A stretch of DNA of 64,000 nt from Macrostomum lignano (lineage: Eukaryota). The translations under genes and the position numbers were made by a program. The notes beneath the pieces are model-generated. The model did not search any database. It had not been told where the DNA came from and saw only the letters and a program-made list of their open reading frames with translations. The stretch is from assembly GCA_002269645.1 (NCBI GenBank), contig NIVC01002244.1:124001-188000 (forward strand), written 5' to 3'. This document shows positions 40,241 through 56,542 of the stretch, piece after piece. Within the stretch, counting starts at the first letter, position 1, and every line of letters begins with the position of its first letter.

Positions 40241-40895
40241 GGGTCTCATTCCCGGCCGCATACGAGAGTAAAGTCAAGGCAATGCCAAGTAACTTTTACT
40301 ACAGCTTCAAATCGTACCACTCAGCCGATAAGTAGAGCTACGTCTTAGAAAGAGCTGCATCCTGACGGCTTAGAAAATGAATTTCAATTCGTGTTTAAAA
40401 GTCGTTGAAACTTTGATAGTGCTCCTTGTGATAAATTCAAACGGGGAAATCTCAGATAAATTATTTTTCCTATAATAGTTCAACAAGACTGAGATGTGAA
40501 TAGAAATTCTAGCAAGATTCGCCCAAGACAGAAGCCAGAATGCAACTGCCCCGTGAGGCTTCATAATGGGCACCGAAAAGATCTTGAATACTCTCTGTAT
40601 GCATCTGTACAAAACTTCTACACTCTGTTTGCATCTACCCTTTCTGTCTCAAAATGGAATGCTGTACAAACTTAGACTGTACTGATAATTGGCAAGAGCG
40701 ACTGTTCTATTACTCTATTTTCTCTTCTATTCACAAGCTGAGCGTGGACGCACATTTAGCGTACATGAACGGCGTCCATAGCAACCGTAAAAGTACTTGA
40801 ATTGATGACGTTACAAATAGCTCGTAAAGGTTTCCATAGCATTCTAGATACGTTATTAGCTGAGTTCAATTGCTCAGCGCTACACCAGTGCCTTC

Positions 40896-41849
40896 ATGGG
40901 CGATGAAGTCCGGCAGCCAGACTCTCTGCTGCAACTCATCACTGATGTCATCTCAGAGCAGACAGCCGAAGACTGCAGGCGGCAGCTCCAAGACGCCTCA
41001 CGACAGTTCAGGATGCCTCTGACGGGACTGGCCGTCGTGTCCGTGGCGGCAGCTCGACATCTTGAGTTCGCCGCCTTCGCCGCGAGGTCCGAGTCGCTCT
41101 CGGGCTGCGCGGACGCCGTCCGGACGGCCGAGCGCGGCTTCTTTTGCGACGCCGACAGCCCGGAGCGGCTCGTCTGCTTCCACTGCGCCGCCGAGTGCCC
41201 GGGGAGTCCGACGGCAGCCGCCACCGTCGAGCACCGCGACGGCTGCGCGCTGTCGAGGCTCGACCGCCTTCTCGACCAGCCTAGCAACGGTTGCCTAGCA
41301 ACGGAGGCGGCCAGAGCCGAAGCCACGCTGCGACAGCTGAGGCAGCTGCTGGCCCGGCCGGCGGTGCCGCTCGCCGAGTCCTTCGGCTTCCAGCGAAACC
41401 TGCTAGCCTGGGCGCTCGCCCGCAACCTGTTGGGTCCGGACGGCGGTGCGCCGGCCGACAGGACCGGCCACCTGCTGCGGCTCGCCGACCTGTGCGAGGC
41501 CGCCTTCCGACAGTCCGCCCACCTGCTGCGCCGGCCGCCGCTCGAATCGCTGCTGCTGGTGGTCGCCGCTGACGCATCTGACGGTTCCTCGGCTGCTCCA
41601 GCAGCTGATGAGGCGCCGCTCCGCTCACCGCAGCGCGCAGCCTCCCCGCCGCCAGCTGCGACCCTGGCGAGAGGCTTCCAGGTGGACGGAGACGACCGCT
41701 GCTTGACGTGCCGCGGCCGGCAGCGAAGCCGCGTCCTGCTGCCGTGCGCGCACCTCGCCGTGTGCGACCCCTGCCTTGACGGTGCCGGCAGCCGCTGCCC
41801 CGCCTGCGGAGCCGCCGCGCTGGCCTCCGTCAGGGCCTTCATCTGCTGA
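40896..41849 (+). CDS. IAP-like protein: degenerate BIR-like zinc domain plus C-terminal IAP/Mdm2-type RING, copy 1 (no intron within this ORF)
   Basis: GFF..D..ERLVCFHC-x15-H-x3-C and RING CLTC-x11-CAH-x3-CDPC-x7-CPAC ending VRAFIC. GC3-biased ORF. Confidence 0.8.
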   Translation: MGDEVRQPDSLLQLITDVISEQTAEDCRRQLQDASRQFRMPLTGLAVVSVAAARHLEFAAFAARSESLSGCADAVRTAERGFFCDADSPERLVCFHCAAECPGSPTAAATVEHRDGCALSRLDRLLDQPSNGCLATEAARAEATLRQLRQLLARPAVPLAESFGFQRNLLAWALARNLLGPDGGAPADRTGHLLRLADLCEAAFRQSAHLLRRPPLESLLLVVAADASDGSSAAPAADEAPLRSPQRAASPPPAATLARGFQVDGDDRCLTCRGRQRSRVLLPCAHLAVCDPCLDGAGSRCPACGAAALASVRAFIC

Positions 41850-42369
41850 CTTAATTGAAGTTAAACACCTTGGAACTTTTTCTTCTTTATTTTTGTACAA
41901 CTAACGTAGGCTTTTTACAAAACCTTTTAGTTTGCATGCAGCGCCAACTCTAAGCAAATCCGATTTTCTGACGTCTAATTTGTACTCACTGAGATTGACT
42001 TAAAATCACTGCCTTTCAAATGAATAATGCTTTTGAGTAGTTTTTCATTTTCTTAAGGCGTTAATTTTTACTGCAGCATTTTTAATTCTTTTAAATATTT
42101 TAAGTTGAGAATTACATGCTTATAAGATTTTTTACCTCACTTCTGCCAGGCCAAAGCTCAATTGTCTATCAACTGTGGTTGGTATGAGCATTGAGTCGTC
42201 TATCTGTGCCCGCGTACTCTGATGTGTGGCAAATTTTAATTAGCGCTAGTACAGACTTAGTTAAAATTTGGTATGCTGCTAGCTAGCTGTACAATTGTAC
42301 AATTGTAAGTGTACGAGCGTACATGCGGAAGTACCTCTGTAGGGGGGGGGTAGAGAAACAGAGCAGAAA

Positions 42370-43125
42370 GGGTTTAAATGTCGGAGAGAAGGGAAGAAAC
42401 AGAGTGAGAGAGTGGGATAGAGAGAGTAGGAGATAGGAGAGTGGTAAATGAAGAGAGAGATAGGGAGAGTGAGATAGTAAGAGGGAGACAGGGAAGAATA
42501 GAGAGGGAGATAGGGAGGAATAGAGAGGGAGATAAGGAGGATTAGAGAGGGAGATAGGGGGGAATAGAGAGAGATAGGGAAGAATAGAGAGGGAGATAGG
42601 GAGGAATAGAGAGGGAGATAGGGAGGAATAGAGAGGGAGATAGGGAGGAATAGAGAGGGAGATAGGGAGGAATAGAGAGGGAGATAGGGAGGAATAGAGA
42701 GGGAGATAGGGAAGAATAGAGAAGAATAGAGAGGGAGATAGGGAAGAATAGAGAGGGAGATAAAGAAGAATAGAGAGGGAGATAAAGAAGAATAGAGAGG
42801 GAGATAGGGAGGAATAGAGAGGGAGATAGGGAGGAATAGAGAGGGAGATAGGGAAGAATAGAGAAGAATACAGAGGGAGATAGGGAAGAATAGAGAGGGA
42901 GATAGGGAAGAATAGAGAGGGAGATAAAGAAGAATAGAGAGGGAGATAAAGAAGAATAGAGAGGGAGATAGGGAGGAATAGAGAGGGAGATAGGGAGGAA
43001 TAGAGAGGGAGATAGGGAGGAATAGAGAGAGATAGGGAGGAATAGAGAGGGAGATAGGGAGGAATAGAGAGGGAGATAGGGAGGAATAGAGAGGGAGATA
43101 GGGAGGAATAGAGAGGGAGATAGAG
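42370..43125. repeat. Purine-rich ~22-bp minisatellite (GAGAGGGAGATAGGGAGGAATA)n
   Basis: Seen directly. Confidence 0.95.
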
Positions 43126-43784
43126 CCTGATTGCGACTTATAACTTTAACGAATTTATACTGTCACTCACTTTCAATATGCACAATAACTCGAAGACTTA
43201 AGAACCAGTAAAAGTTCAAGTGGCTTCTCCGTAAATATTTGTCAGATCTCTTTCAGTGTTAAATTTAGCTCAGGGCCAATACAGTAACAGCTGTGACAGG
43301 AAAATACTTTACAGGAAACACAATTTGCTTGCTAAGTTGAGCAGGACAAACTATTTTGTTTTTATGGATAATACATGGTTGTTTCTCTGGGGCTTTACTG
43401 TGTCGGCCTGACCTTATTCCCTATCCAGATCTTGCCAGGCTTACTGCTTCCGTAGCTTTAAATAGAAGCAAAGAAGGTCACTCTCGAGGACATGCAGGAC
43501 ATGCACGGAGACTGTACATGCTTCTAATGATTAGAAAGTCAAAGCCGCTGTGCACCCTGTGTACAGTATTGGCGCGCTTGTAGGTGCCCAGGAGTCAGCG
43601 GAACGGGCAGAACTGCCGTCAGCACTGGAATTAAGGGACGATGTCGTCGAAGGCATTTCGCCAAGGTGCCCAGCGCACGACCGCAACAAGCGCAATGCAG
43701 AAGCGCCGTCACTTGTGCAATCTGGGGGCGCACCCAGGATTTTAATTTGATATGTACCTATTCGTTTATACTCGTCAATATATT

Positions 43785-43970
43785 CCCTGGTGCTGGTGCC
43801 CCTGGTGCTGGTGCCCCTGGTGCTAAAGCCCCTGGTGCTAAAGCCCCTGGTGCTAAAGCCCCTGGTGCTAAAGCCCCTGGTGCTAAAGCCCCTGGTGCTA
43901 AAGCCCCTGGTGCTAAAGCCCCTGGTGCTAAAGCCCCTGGTGCTAAAGCCCCTGGTGCTAAAGCCCCTGC
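43785..43970. repeat. 15-bp minisatellite (GCCCCTGGTGCTAAA)n
   Basis: About 12 copies. Confidence 0.95.
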
Positions 43971-44505
43971 CTCTTGTTCACAAAGTGCTTTCCTACATGG
44001 ATGCTAGAATTTGCTGTGCTTTCTAGCTCAGTTTCTCTTAAAATGCAAAAATTATTTATGACCTGTACTAACGCACGACAATAAATGTATGTGCCAGCAT
44101 TTTTAAATGCACATAAAATTTCCAACAGTTGGTATCGATAAATCTCCTGTTATCGCTGTAATGGCTAATTTTAGCTCCTGAACACTGCGTGGGCTGATAC
44201 CGGCACTAATTCAATTTTATTATAGTTACCAGTTTAAATGGCACTGCTCACAATATCGTCGCGCAGGATTGCAAAGCGCGTGGGCGTTCATCGCAGAGGC
44301 ATGTGGTAGCGAATGTTGAGGTCTGCACCATAAAGGGCAGTCGGTATAGAAGAAAGATCTAGCAGTGGAATTTAAAGTGGCAGTTAAATTTCATATGCTC
44401 TCATATGCAAAGTTGCAAACAGGTTTACTCGAGTAGGCGGCAAGAACTGAGGTATGAATTTTGACGCTAAATTTAGTCAGAAATACAGACAAACAGACAG
44501 ACAGA

Positions 44506-45386
<881 letters not shown>

Positions 45387-45474
45387 GGGACAGATAAATT
45401 AAACCAACGTTGCTATTGTCTGTTTCCTAATTCTGACCGCATGTTTTCTTGAGTATTTTTTCTGGCTGCTTTCA

Positions 45475-48673
<3,199 letters not shown>

Positions 48674-49169
48674 GCTTGGAACCAAGGACCGCAAGAAGCT
48701 GCGGTTGTAACGCCGTTGCTTTTAGTGATGATCCTTGTTTGAAACTCGAGCACGTTTTTGCAAGAACTCTTGCAGATTTGCTGAATAAGCTTCGATTTTT
48801 AATTGGACCTACCAATTGTTGGAATCCCTGTTGTGTAGCTACAGTGCGTACAGTACAGTGAGTACAGTGAGGCCTGCATTTGTGCATTGGCGATAAAAAT
48901 AGCAGCAAATCCATTTGAATTTGGCCTTCGTATGCATTCGCCTACGCACTAAGAATGTGTACAAATACGGATCTACGGATCTATATGTACATGATAGAAT
49001 CACGATTTTTTAATTTTTAAATCCTTGAAGGTTAAAAATCAGATTGAGGACGTATTTTTATCTTTTAATTGAAGTTTTGTAAACAAATCCTGTTTATGCT
49101 GAGGAGATAAAGACAAAACATTTTGTCGGGTCAGGGTCGCTGAAATCTGAGTACGTCAGACAGTGTGAG

Positions 49170-49440
49170 GAGAGAATAGGAGAGAAAAAAGAAAAAGTGA
49201 GAGAAGAGAGAAAAGAGATGCAGTAAGAGACTAGAGAGGCGAGATAAGAGAAGAAGGGAGAGAGGAGAGATGAAGGGAAAGAGAAGAGAAGAGAGATGAA
49301 GGGATAGATGAGAGAGAAGAGATGAAGGGAAAGAGGAGAGAAGAGAGATAAAGGGAAAGAGGAGAGAAGAGAGATGAAGGGATAGATGAGAGAGAAGAGA
49401 TGAAAAGAGAGAGGAGAGAAGAGAGATGAAGGGAGAGAGG
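49170..49440. repeat. GA-rich low-complexity repeat
   Basis: Seen directly. Confidence 0.9.
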
Positions 49441-49619
49441 AGCGAATCGAAAGCTGAGAAGAGACCCAATTTCCCTTAAGCGTGACGGACTGCTTTTGCG
49501 AAATCCAAGCACCCGAGTGCCAGACCGTTCAGGGAACGCTGGAGCCACGGAAGTGACATTCCCTAAAAAAATAGGGTCAAGGCGAATCCGCCAAGGCCAG
49601 TTTGTTTCCAACTGGCCTC

Positions 49620-49730
49620 CAGCTGACACCCAACTGACACCCAACTGACACTCAACTGACACCCAACTGACACCCAACTGACACCCAACTGACACCCAAC
49701 TGACACTCAACTGGCACCCAACTGACACCT
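49620..49730. repeat. 11-bp minisatellite (GACACCCAACT)n
   Basis: About 10 copies. Confidence 0.93.
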
Positions 49731-49971
49731 CGATAATTATCCTTGCAGAGCAGGTAGCTACATGCAATAGAGAAGTACAATTACTTGACAGAGATAAATA
49801 TTAATATGTATTTATAGAAAAATCTGTGTATTCATCTCGAACGATGGGGAAAATTATAGCTTTATGAAATGTGAAATTTAAGTTAGAAAAAAACATTGTG
49901 CGTTAGCAAGTTCAAAACTACAGGAATACTGTAGGAATACGTGTATCTATATCTAAGTTAAAATATACGGT

Positions 49972-50888
49972 TTAGAATAGCACGCATGTTATTAGTAGGC
50001 AGTACCGGGAAATCAGTAAAAATGTTGAAATAGGTATAGAAAAATAAGGATATATAATAAGGATATTATTAAAATATTTACGAAAATTTCTCCGTCGAAG
50101 GCGGCACCGACTCTGGCGAACTGCTGGCTGTCCGATGGCAGAATCTGCTGCTTGGACATGAGGCTGCGGTGTCCGTTCTGGATGTACAGCCGCCTGGTGT
50201 CTGTGGGGCTGCTGTTGTTCCCACTCCCACAGGTGCAGCCAGTACTCTGTAAAGCTGCTGCAGTCGGTCAGCTTGATGAAGGCATTCACTTCAGGCGTCC
50301 TGCTTACCTCCATGAGCCAGGTGAACCTGCTGTTGAAGTCGAGGCCCCGCGTGTCCGTCACCCACATCCGCGACGTCGCGCCGTTCATCCTGCTGGCGCC
50401 GTCGCTGGTCCAGACGACCCCGTCGTGCTCAACGGAGTTCCTCTGGCCGCGGGCGTCGCAGACCAGATTTTCCAGCCGGGGCCCGCGGTTGCCGACCCAC
50501 ACGACGGCGAAGTGCCGGTTGGCGACGAGGGCGTCCAGCTCGGAGTCCACGAACAGCTCGCAGTCGGCCGGGCCCAGCGCGGGGTCGTCGGGCGGGCTGC
50601 TCAGGCTGAGCAGGTGGCAGACTCGGCTGAACAGAAACAGCGAGCAGGCGGAGCTGCGCCGGTGCCGCTGCACCACCCCGACGCCCGACAGCGGCTGCCA
50701 GCGGGCCTGGATGACGCACTCGGCGGGGAGGCGGCGGGAGCGGGCAGGGCCCAGGCGGCCAGGGACCGGCTGAGGCAGGGCCGCCAGAAGTTGGGCAGGT
50801 AGGCGGCGGAGGCGGCCGGCGGCAGGACGACAAAGGAGAGCAGAAGGCAGGCCAGCAGCGGGGCTGCGAATTATTTGGCGAGCGACAT
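49972..50888 (-). CDS. Uncharacterised, probably secreted Cys/Trp-containing protein (frameshifted in this assembly)
   Basis: Strong GC3 codon bias at 50100-50750 (CELFVDSELDALVANRHFAVVWVG...). A signal-peptide-like LLACLLLSFVVLPPAASA lies in an adjacent frame just downstream of the ATG at 50888. Confidence 0.5.
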
Positions 50889-51449
50889 GTCGATCTGCTG
50901 CTTCTAGGAGAGATAGTTTCAGAAATTGGGAGATTAAGTTTTCTGTAAATATACAGCTGCAGACAGACAAATTAATTTTTGAGTGCTGCGATTGTTGAGT
51001 CAATGCCTGCTTGTTGCACTCGGCAGACGCCTCTATATAAACTGCATGCTCTGTAGATGGCGTTTGAGCTGGAATAGCTCGTAATTAACTCTGATTTTTC
51101 TGTCTCTCTCTGTTTGCTTTGGATACGGGCAGAAGTGTACATTGATGGAGGAGCATTTGAAAGATAATCAATTGAATTTGTGTCTAAATCTAAATGCATA
51201 TCAGCATTACAGGCGTTTGCCTTGGGGCTGCGCCATCCCCTCGCCAGCAACAGCTGGCCTGGAAAGCTAGCGAGAGTGGCACCTGCGATCTTCGCACGGG
51301 CTGGAGACCCGGATCCGAAAGATTTTATCCAGATGTTCCATCAGTGAATGGCGCGGTTGACAAACGACTTCAGGCAGGCAGCTTGACCGAGCGGTTCTGA
51401 TTCAAACTACATGTACAGTGTATAGTACACACTCACCAAGAATGTTCTT

Positions 51450-52775
51450 ACCACAGATTCCACACCACAGATTCCTTACCACAGATTCCTCACCACAGAT
51501 TCCTCACCATAGATTCCTTCCTATAGATTCCTCACCATAGATTCGTCACTATAGATTCCTCACCATAGATTCCCCACCATAGATTCCTCACCATAGATTC
51601 CTTACCATAGATTCCTCACCATAGATTCCTTACCATAGATTCCTCACCACAGATTCCTTACCACAGATTCCTTACCACAGATTCCTTACCACAGATTCCT
51701 TACCACAGATTCCTCACCACAGATTCCTCACCATAGATTCGTCACTATAGATTCCTCACCATAGATTCCTCACCATAGATTCCTTCCTATAGATTCCTCA
51801 CCATAGATTCCTTACCATAGATTCCTCACCATAGATTCCTTACCACAGATTCCTTACCACAGATTCCTTACCACAGATTCCTTACCACAGATTCCTCACC
51901 ATAGATTCCTTCCTATAGATTCCTCACCATAGATTCGTCACTATAGATTCCTCACCATAGATTCCTCACCATAGATTCCTCACCATAGATTCCTTACCAT
52001 AGATTCCTCACCATAGATTCCTTACCACAGATTCCTTACCACAGATTCCTTACCACAGATTCCTCACCATAGATTCCTTCCTATAGATTCCTCACCATAG
52101 ATTCGTCACTATAGATTCCTCACCATAGATTCCTCACCATAGATTCCTCACCATAGATTCCTTACCATAGATTCCTCACCATAGATTCCTTACCACAGAT
52201 TCCTTACCACAGATTCCTTACCATAGATTCCTCACCATAGATGCCTCACCATAGATTCCCCACCATAGATTCCTCACCATAGATTCCCCACCATAGATTC
52301 CTCACCATAGATTCCTTACAACAGATTCCTCACCATAGATTCCTCACCATAGATTCCTCACCATAGATTTCTTACCATAGATTCCTCACCATAGATTCCT
52401 TACCACAGATTCCTTACCATAGATTCCTCACCATAGATTCCTCACCATAGATTCCTCACCATAGATTCCTCACCATAGATGCCTCACCACAGATTCCTTA
52501 CCATAGATTCCTCACCATAGATGCCTCACCATAGATTCCTCACCATAGATGCCTCACCATAGATTCCTCACCATAGATTCCTCACCATAGATTCCTCACC
52601 ATAGATTCCTTACCACAGATTCCTCACCATATAGATTCCTTACCATAGATTCCTTACCACAGATTCCTCACCATAGATTCCTCACTATAGATTCCTCACC
52701 ATAGATTCCTCACCATAGATTCCTTACCACAGATTCCTCACCACAGATTCCTCACCATAGATTCATCACCATATA
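51450..52775. repeat. 14-bp minisatellite (ATAGATTCCTCACC)n
   Basis: About 90 copies. Confidence 0.97.
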
Positions 52776-53809
52776 TAGACTCCTCATCGGTCTCTGAGGA
52801 CTGGTCTACATAGTCTTTAAATTTAGCTTCATTACGTTGAAGTAAACGTTCCTATACATTGTAAATTTAACGATTTGTGCATACTGTTTTTTGTGCGACA
52901 GAGACGGCCGGCATCAGTGTCCCCAGCAGTTATCCAAAAAAATAAATAAATTCCCGTAAATTATCGAAAAAATTGGAAGAAAAAATAGCTAACAAAATAA
53001 TTTCACAATCATATTCGCAGCAATTCAAAACAGTAACAGCTGGGGTAGGCATGATAAATATTGGCACGATCGATTAATATATTTTAAAGTTAGTTTAAGC
53101 AAATTTTAGCACCGACGATGACGGAATTAACACTTATTAAAAGTTAAACGAGTGATATTTATAAATATTTTCATACAGAATCGGTTTACTCAAATAAAAG
53201 TACACTTTTAATGTCAGTCAATTAACGTTTAGCAAAATTATCCATGTGTTTTATTGGAACATGGTGACTGACAGCAAACTTTTAACTGTTTATTTGTCCT
53301 TTAGGTGATTCAAGACTAAGTTTTTATTGGAATAACGATGGGATTGAAATTTATAATATAGCAATGGAATATAGCAATGGAATATACATGCAATGGATAT
53401 ATATATATCCATTATATGTTTATAAACGGTATACCTTAGCTAATAGAAACTTCTTGGGTATATTCTTGGGTATAGCTAGCTATTCTTATATATTGAACTG
53501 CAGATGTAGCTATATAATTATTATATTGGATACTCGGTCTCGTACATCTCAAAATGCTCTCTTAAATGAATTTGATATAATAATATGGGTTGCTTATTGA
53601 ATTAGAAAATAGGAATGCGTTTTAACAAAAGAACTGATGATATTGCGTGCTAATAAAGTAAGGGTTGTCCCAAAGTAAAAGACGATAATTATTAATTTTA
53701 ATAATATTCATGACTGTTTTAAATTTAGCGACTGTACACGCAAGAGCCATGCAATTTTGTTTAAAATGAATACTAGAATATTGAACCTCGCAGTCGCACT
53801 TTTCGACAA

Positions 53810-56489
53810 TCAGATGGCAAATATTTCTCGTTCGCTGTGTGAACCCTTCACCAGCAGAACCACGGCGCAGAGCAGGTGGCAGAGCTATGAATTAATTAGT
53901 TTGATTAAGAATAGATAAATTAGGACGCATTATGAATAAAAAACTGCTATAATTTAAAAGCAACAAACAATTTTGTTATAATTCAGACAGGGGCGTCGCC
54001 ATGGATTTTATCGTGGGGGGGGGCAGGGGACAAAGCCAATAATTATACATGTACATATACATGACTAAATTCTTACATGTACATTATTTTCAGAATCGGT
54101 GTTGTCAGCACTCATTTTAGCGCCGCAGGCACTCATTTTACTTGTAGCGCCGCAGGCACTATGTTTATAGTCGCCCTGCAGCAAAATTATTGATTTCCAT
54201 AACAACGGGTGACAAGGTAGGTTGGCCGGGGGGGGGACAAAGCATTGGCATGTCCTCCAGATCTTTTACTGGGGAGGACATGCCCCCCCCCCCCCCCCCT
54301 GTCCCCCCATTGGTGACGCCCCTGGTTTCAGATGAAAAATCAATCATTTTAAATTTGTTTAATTTCGTCATGATAAAAAGTGTTACGCACTACTTATATT
54401 TAAGAGTACAAGTAGTATATTCAGAGAAAATTTTAACTCACACAGAGAATCACGGCGGCTACAGCGGCCAGTGGCACAGCAACCAGATATTTCTTAAATA
54501 TCTTTTTCGTGCAGCTCTGAAAATTTGTGGCGAGCATGCAGTTGAAATGAGCCACAACCCGAAATTGTAGCGTGCATATTTAGAGTACAATTGCACATAC
54601 TTGAAGCTGTGGTAACGAATGCTGATGTATACATTTTCAACATTTTCATGTAGCTTGTCGCAGGTGTGTCTGCTCACCACTGAGAATGCAGGGTGTACAT
54701 CTACAGGAACCCTGACTTTCCTATTGCCCTATGCTTGATGAGTAGTCAAGAATTACACGAAATTGATGGCCCCCAGGCAGTCTAAAGCATCAGCTTCCCC
54801 AAGCCCAGACCTCAGCATAAGGCGACTTGCAGTTCGCCTTGCCATCCGCGCAGCAGGAGCTCGGACACTTGGACGAGTTCGAATCCGACTTGTCCACAGG
54901 ATTGGCCTTGTACCAAGTGGTGCCGTTGAACCAGGTGCAGCTGTTCTCAAACTGAGCTTGGGGGCTTGTCCACCAGCCGCAACAGCGCATCTGCAATTGA
55001 ATCGTTTCGGAATGATTGGGTGCTAGAATGAGTGTCTGTGGATCTCAAAATGTCGGGTGCCTGGCGCCACTAATGAGTGTCTGTGGGACCAAAATAAGTG
55101 CCTCTGCCGCTAAAATGAGTGTCTGCGGCACCAACATTAGCGTCTTTGATCTCAAAACGAGTGTCTGTGATTCCAAAATGATTGTCTGCGGCGCCAAAAT
55201 CAGTGACAGAGGCACCAAATAAGTTCCTGGGGTATGATCTAAGAACCATTGATTATCTAAAGGTTTTCCAGGCGATGGTGTCCTTACAAAATTAAAATGT
55301 AAACTTCGACGCAATGACGAAAAAGCTTTTGTGGTGCTCTGCATAGGGTACACAGGTGGCGCAAATGAAGGCGACAGTACAGTATGCATTGCAGCAGCGA
55401 TGTAGCGAGCAGTCCTGTCCGTTCCGTTGAGCCGCATGGCGTACAGCCTTGACTTATTCATAGTCTGTCTTAGTGTCTGTCTTAGTGTCTGTCTTAGTGT
55501 CTGTCTTAGTGTCTGTCTTAGTGTCTGTCTTAGTGTCTGTCTTAGTGTCTGTCTTAGTGTCTTAGTCTCTTAGTGTCTGTCTTAGTGTCTGTCTTAGTGT
55601 CTGTCTTAGTGTCTGTCTTAGTGTCTGTCTTAGTGTCTGTCTTAGTGTCTGTCTTAGTGTCTGTCTTAGTGTCTGCCTTAGTGTCTGTCTTAGTGTCTGT
55701 CTTAGTGTCTGTCTTAGTGTCTGTCTTAGTGTCTGTCTTAGTGTCTGTCTTAGTGTCTGTCTTAGTGTCTGTCTTAGTATCTGTCTTAGTGTCTGTCTTA
55801 GTGTCTGTCTTAGTGTCTGTCTTAGTGTCTGTCTTAGTGTCTGTCTTAGTGTCTGTCTTAGTGTCTGTCTTAGTGTCTGTCTTAGTGTCTGTCTTAGTGT
55901 CTGTCTTAGTGTCTGTCTTAGTGTCTGTCTTAGTGTCTGTCTTAGTGTCTGTCTTAGTGTCTGTCTTAGTGTCTGTCTTAGTGTCTGTCTTAGTGTCTGT
56001 CTTAGTGTCTGTCTTAGTGTCTGCCTTAGTGTCTGTCTTAGTGTCTGTCTTAGTGTCTGTCTTAGTGTCTGTCTTAGTGTCTGTCTTAGTGTCTGTCTTA
56101 GTGTCTTAGTCTCTTAGTGTCTGTCTTAGTGTCTGTCTTAGTGTCTTAGTGTCTGTCTTAGTGTCTTAGTGTCTGTCTTACTGTCTTAGTCTCTTAGTGT
56201 CTGTCTTAGTGTCTGTCTTAGTGCCTGTCTTACTGTCTTAGTCTCTTAGTGTCTGTCTTAGTGTCTGTCTTACTGTCTTAGTCTCTTAGTGTCTGTCTTA
56301 GTGTCTGTCTTACTGTCTTAGTCTCTTAGTGTCTGTCTTAGTGTCTGTCTTAGTGTCTTAGTGTCTGTCTTAGTGTCTGTCTTACTGTCTTAGTCTCTTA
56401 GTGTCTGTCTTAGTGTCTGTCTTAGTGTCTTAGTGTCTGTCTTAGTGTCTTAGTGTCTGCTTTAGTGTCTGTCTTAGTCTGTCTGTCTA

Positions 56490-56542
<53 letters not shown>

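Noticed and set aside
55045-55461. 138-aa minus-strand ORF in tetraspanin intron 2
   Set aside because: Partly minisatellite, no recognisable domain and not needed for the tetraspanin gene model.
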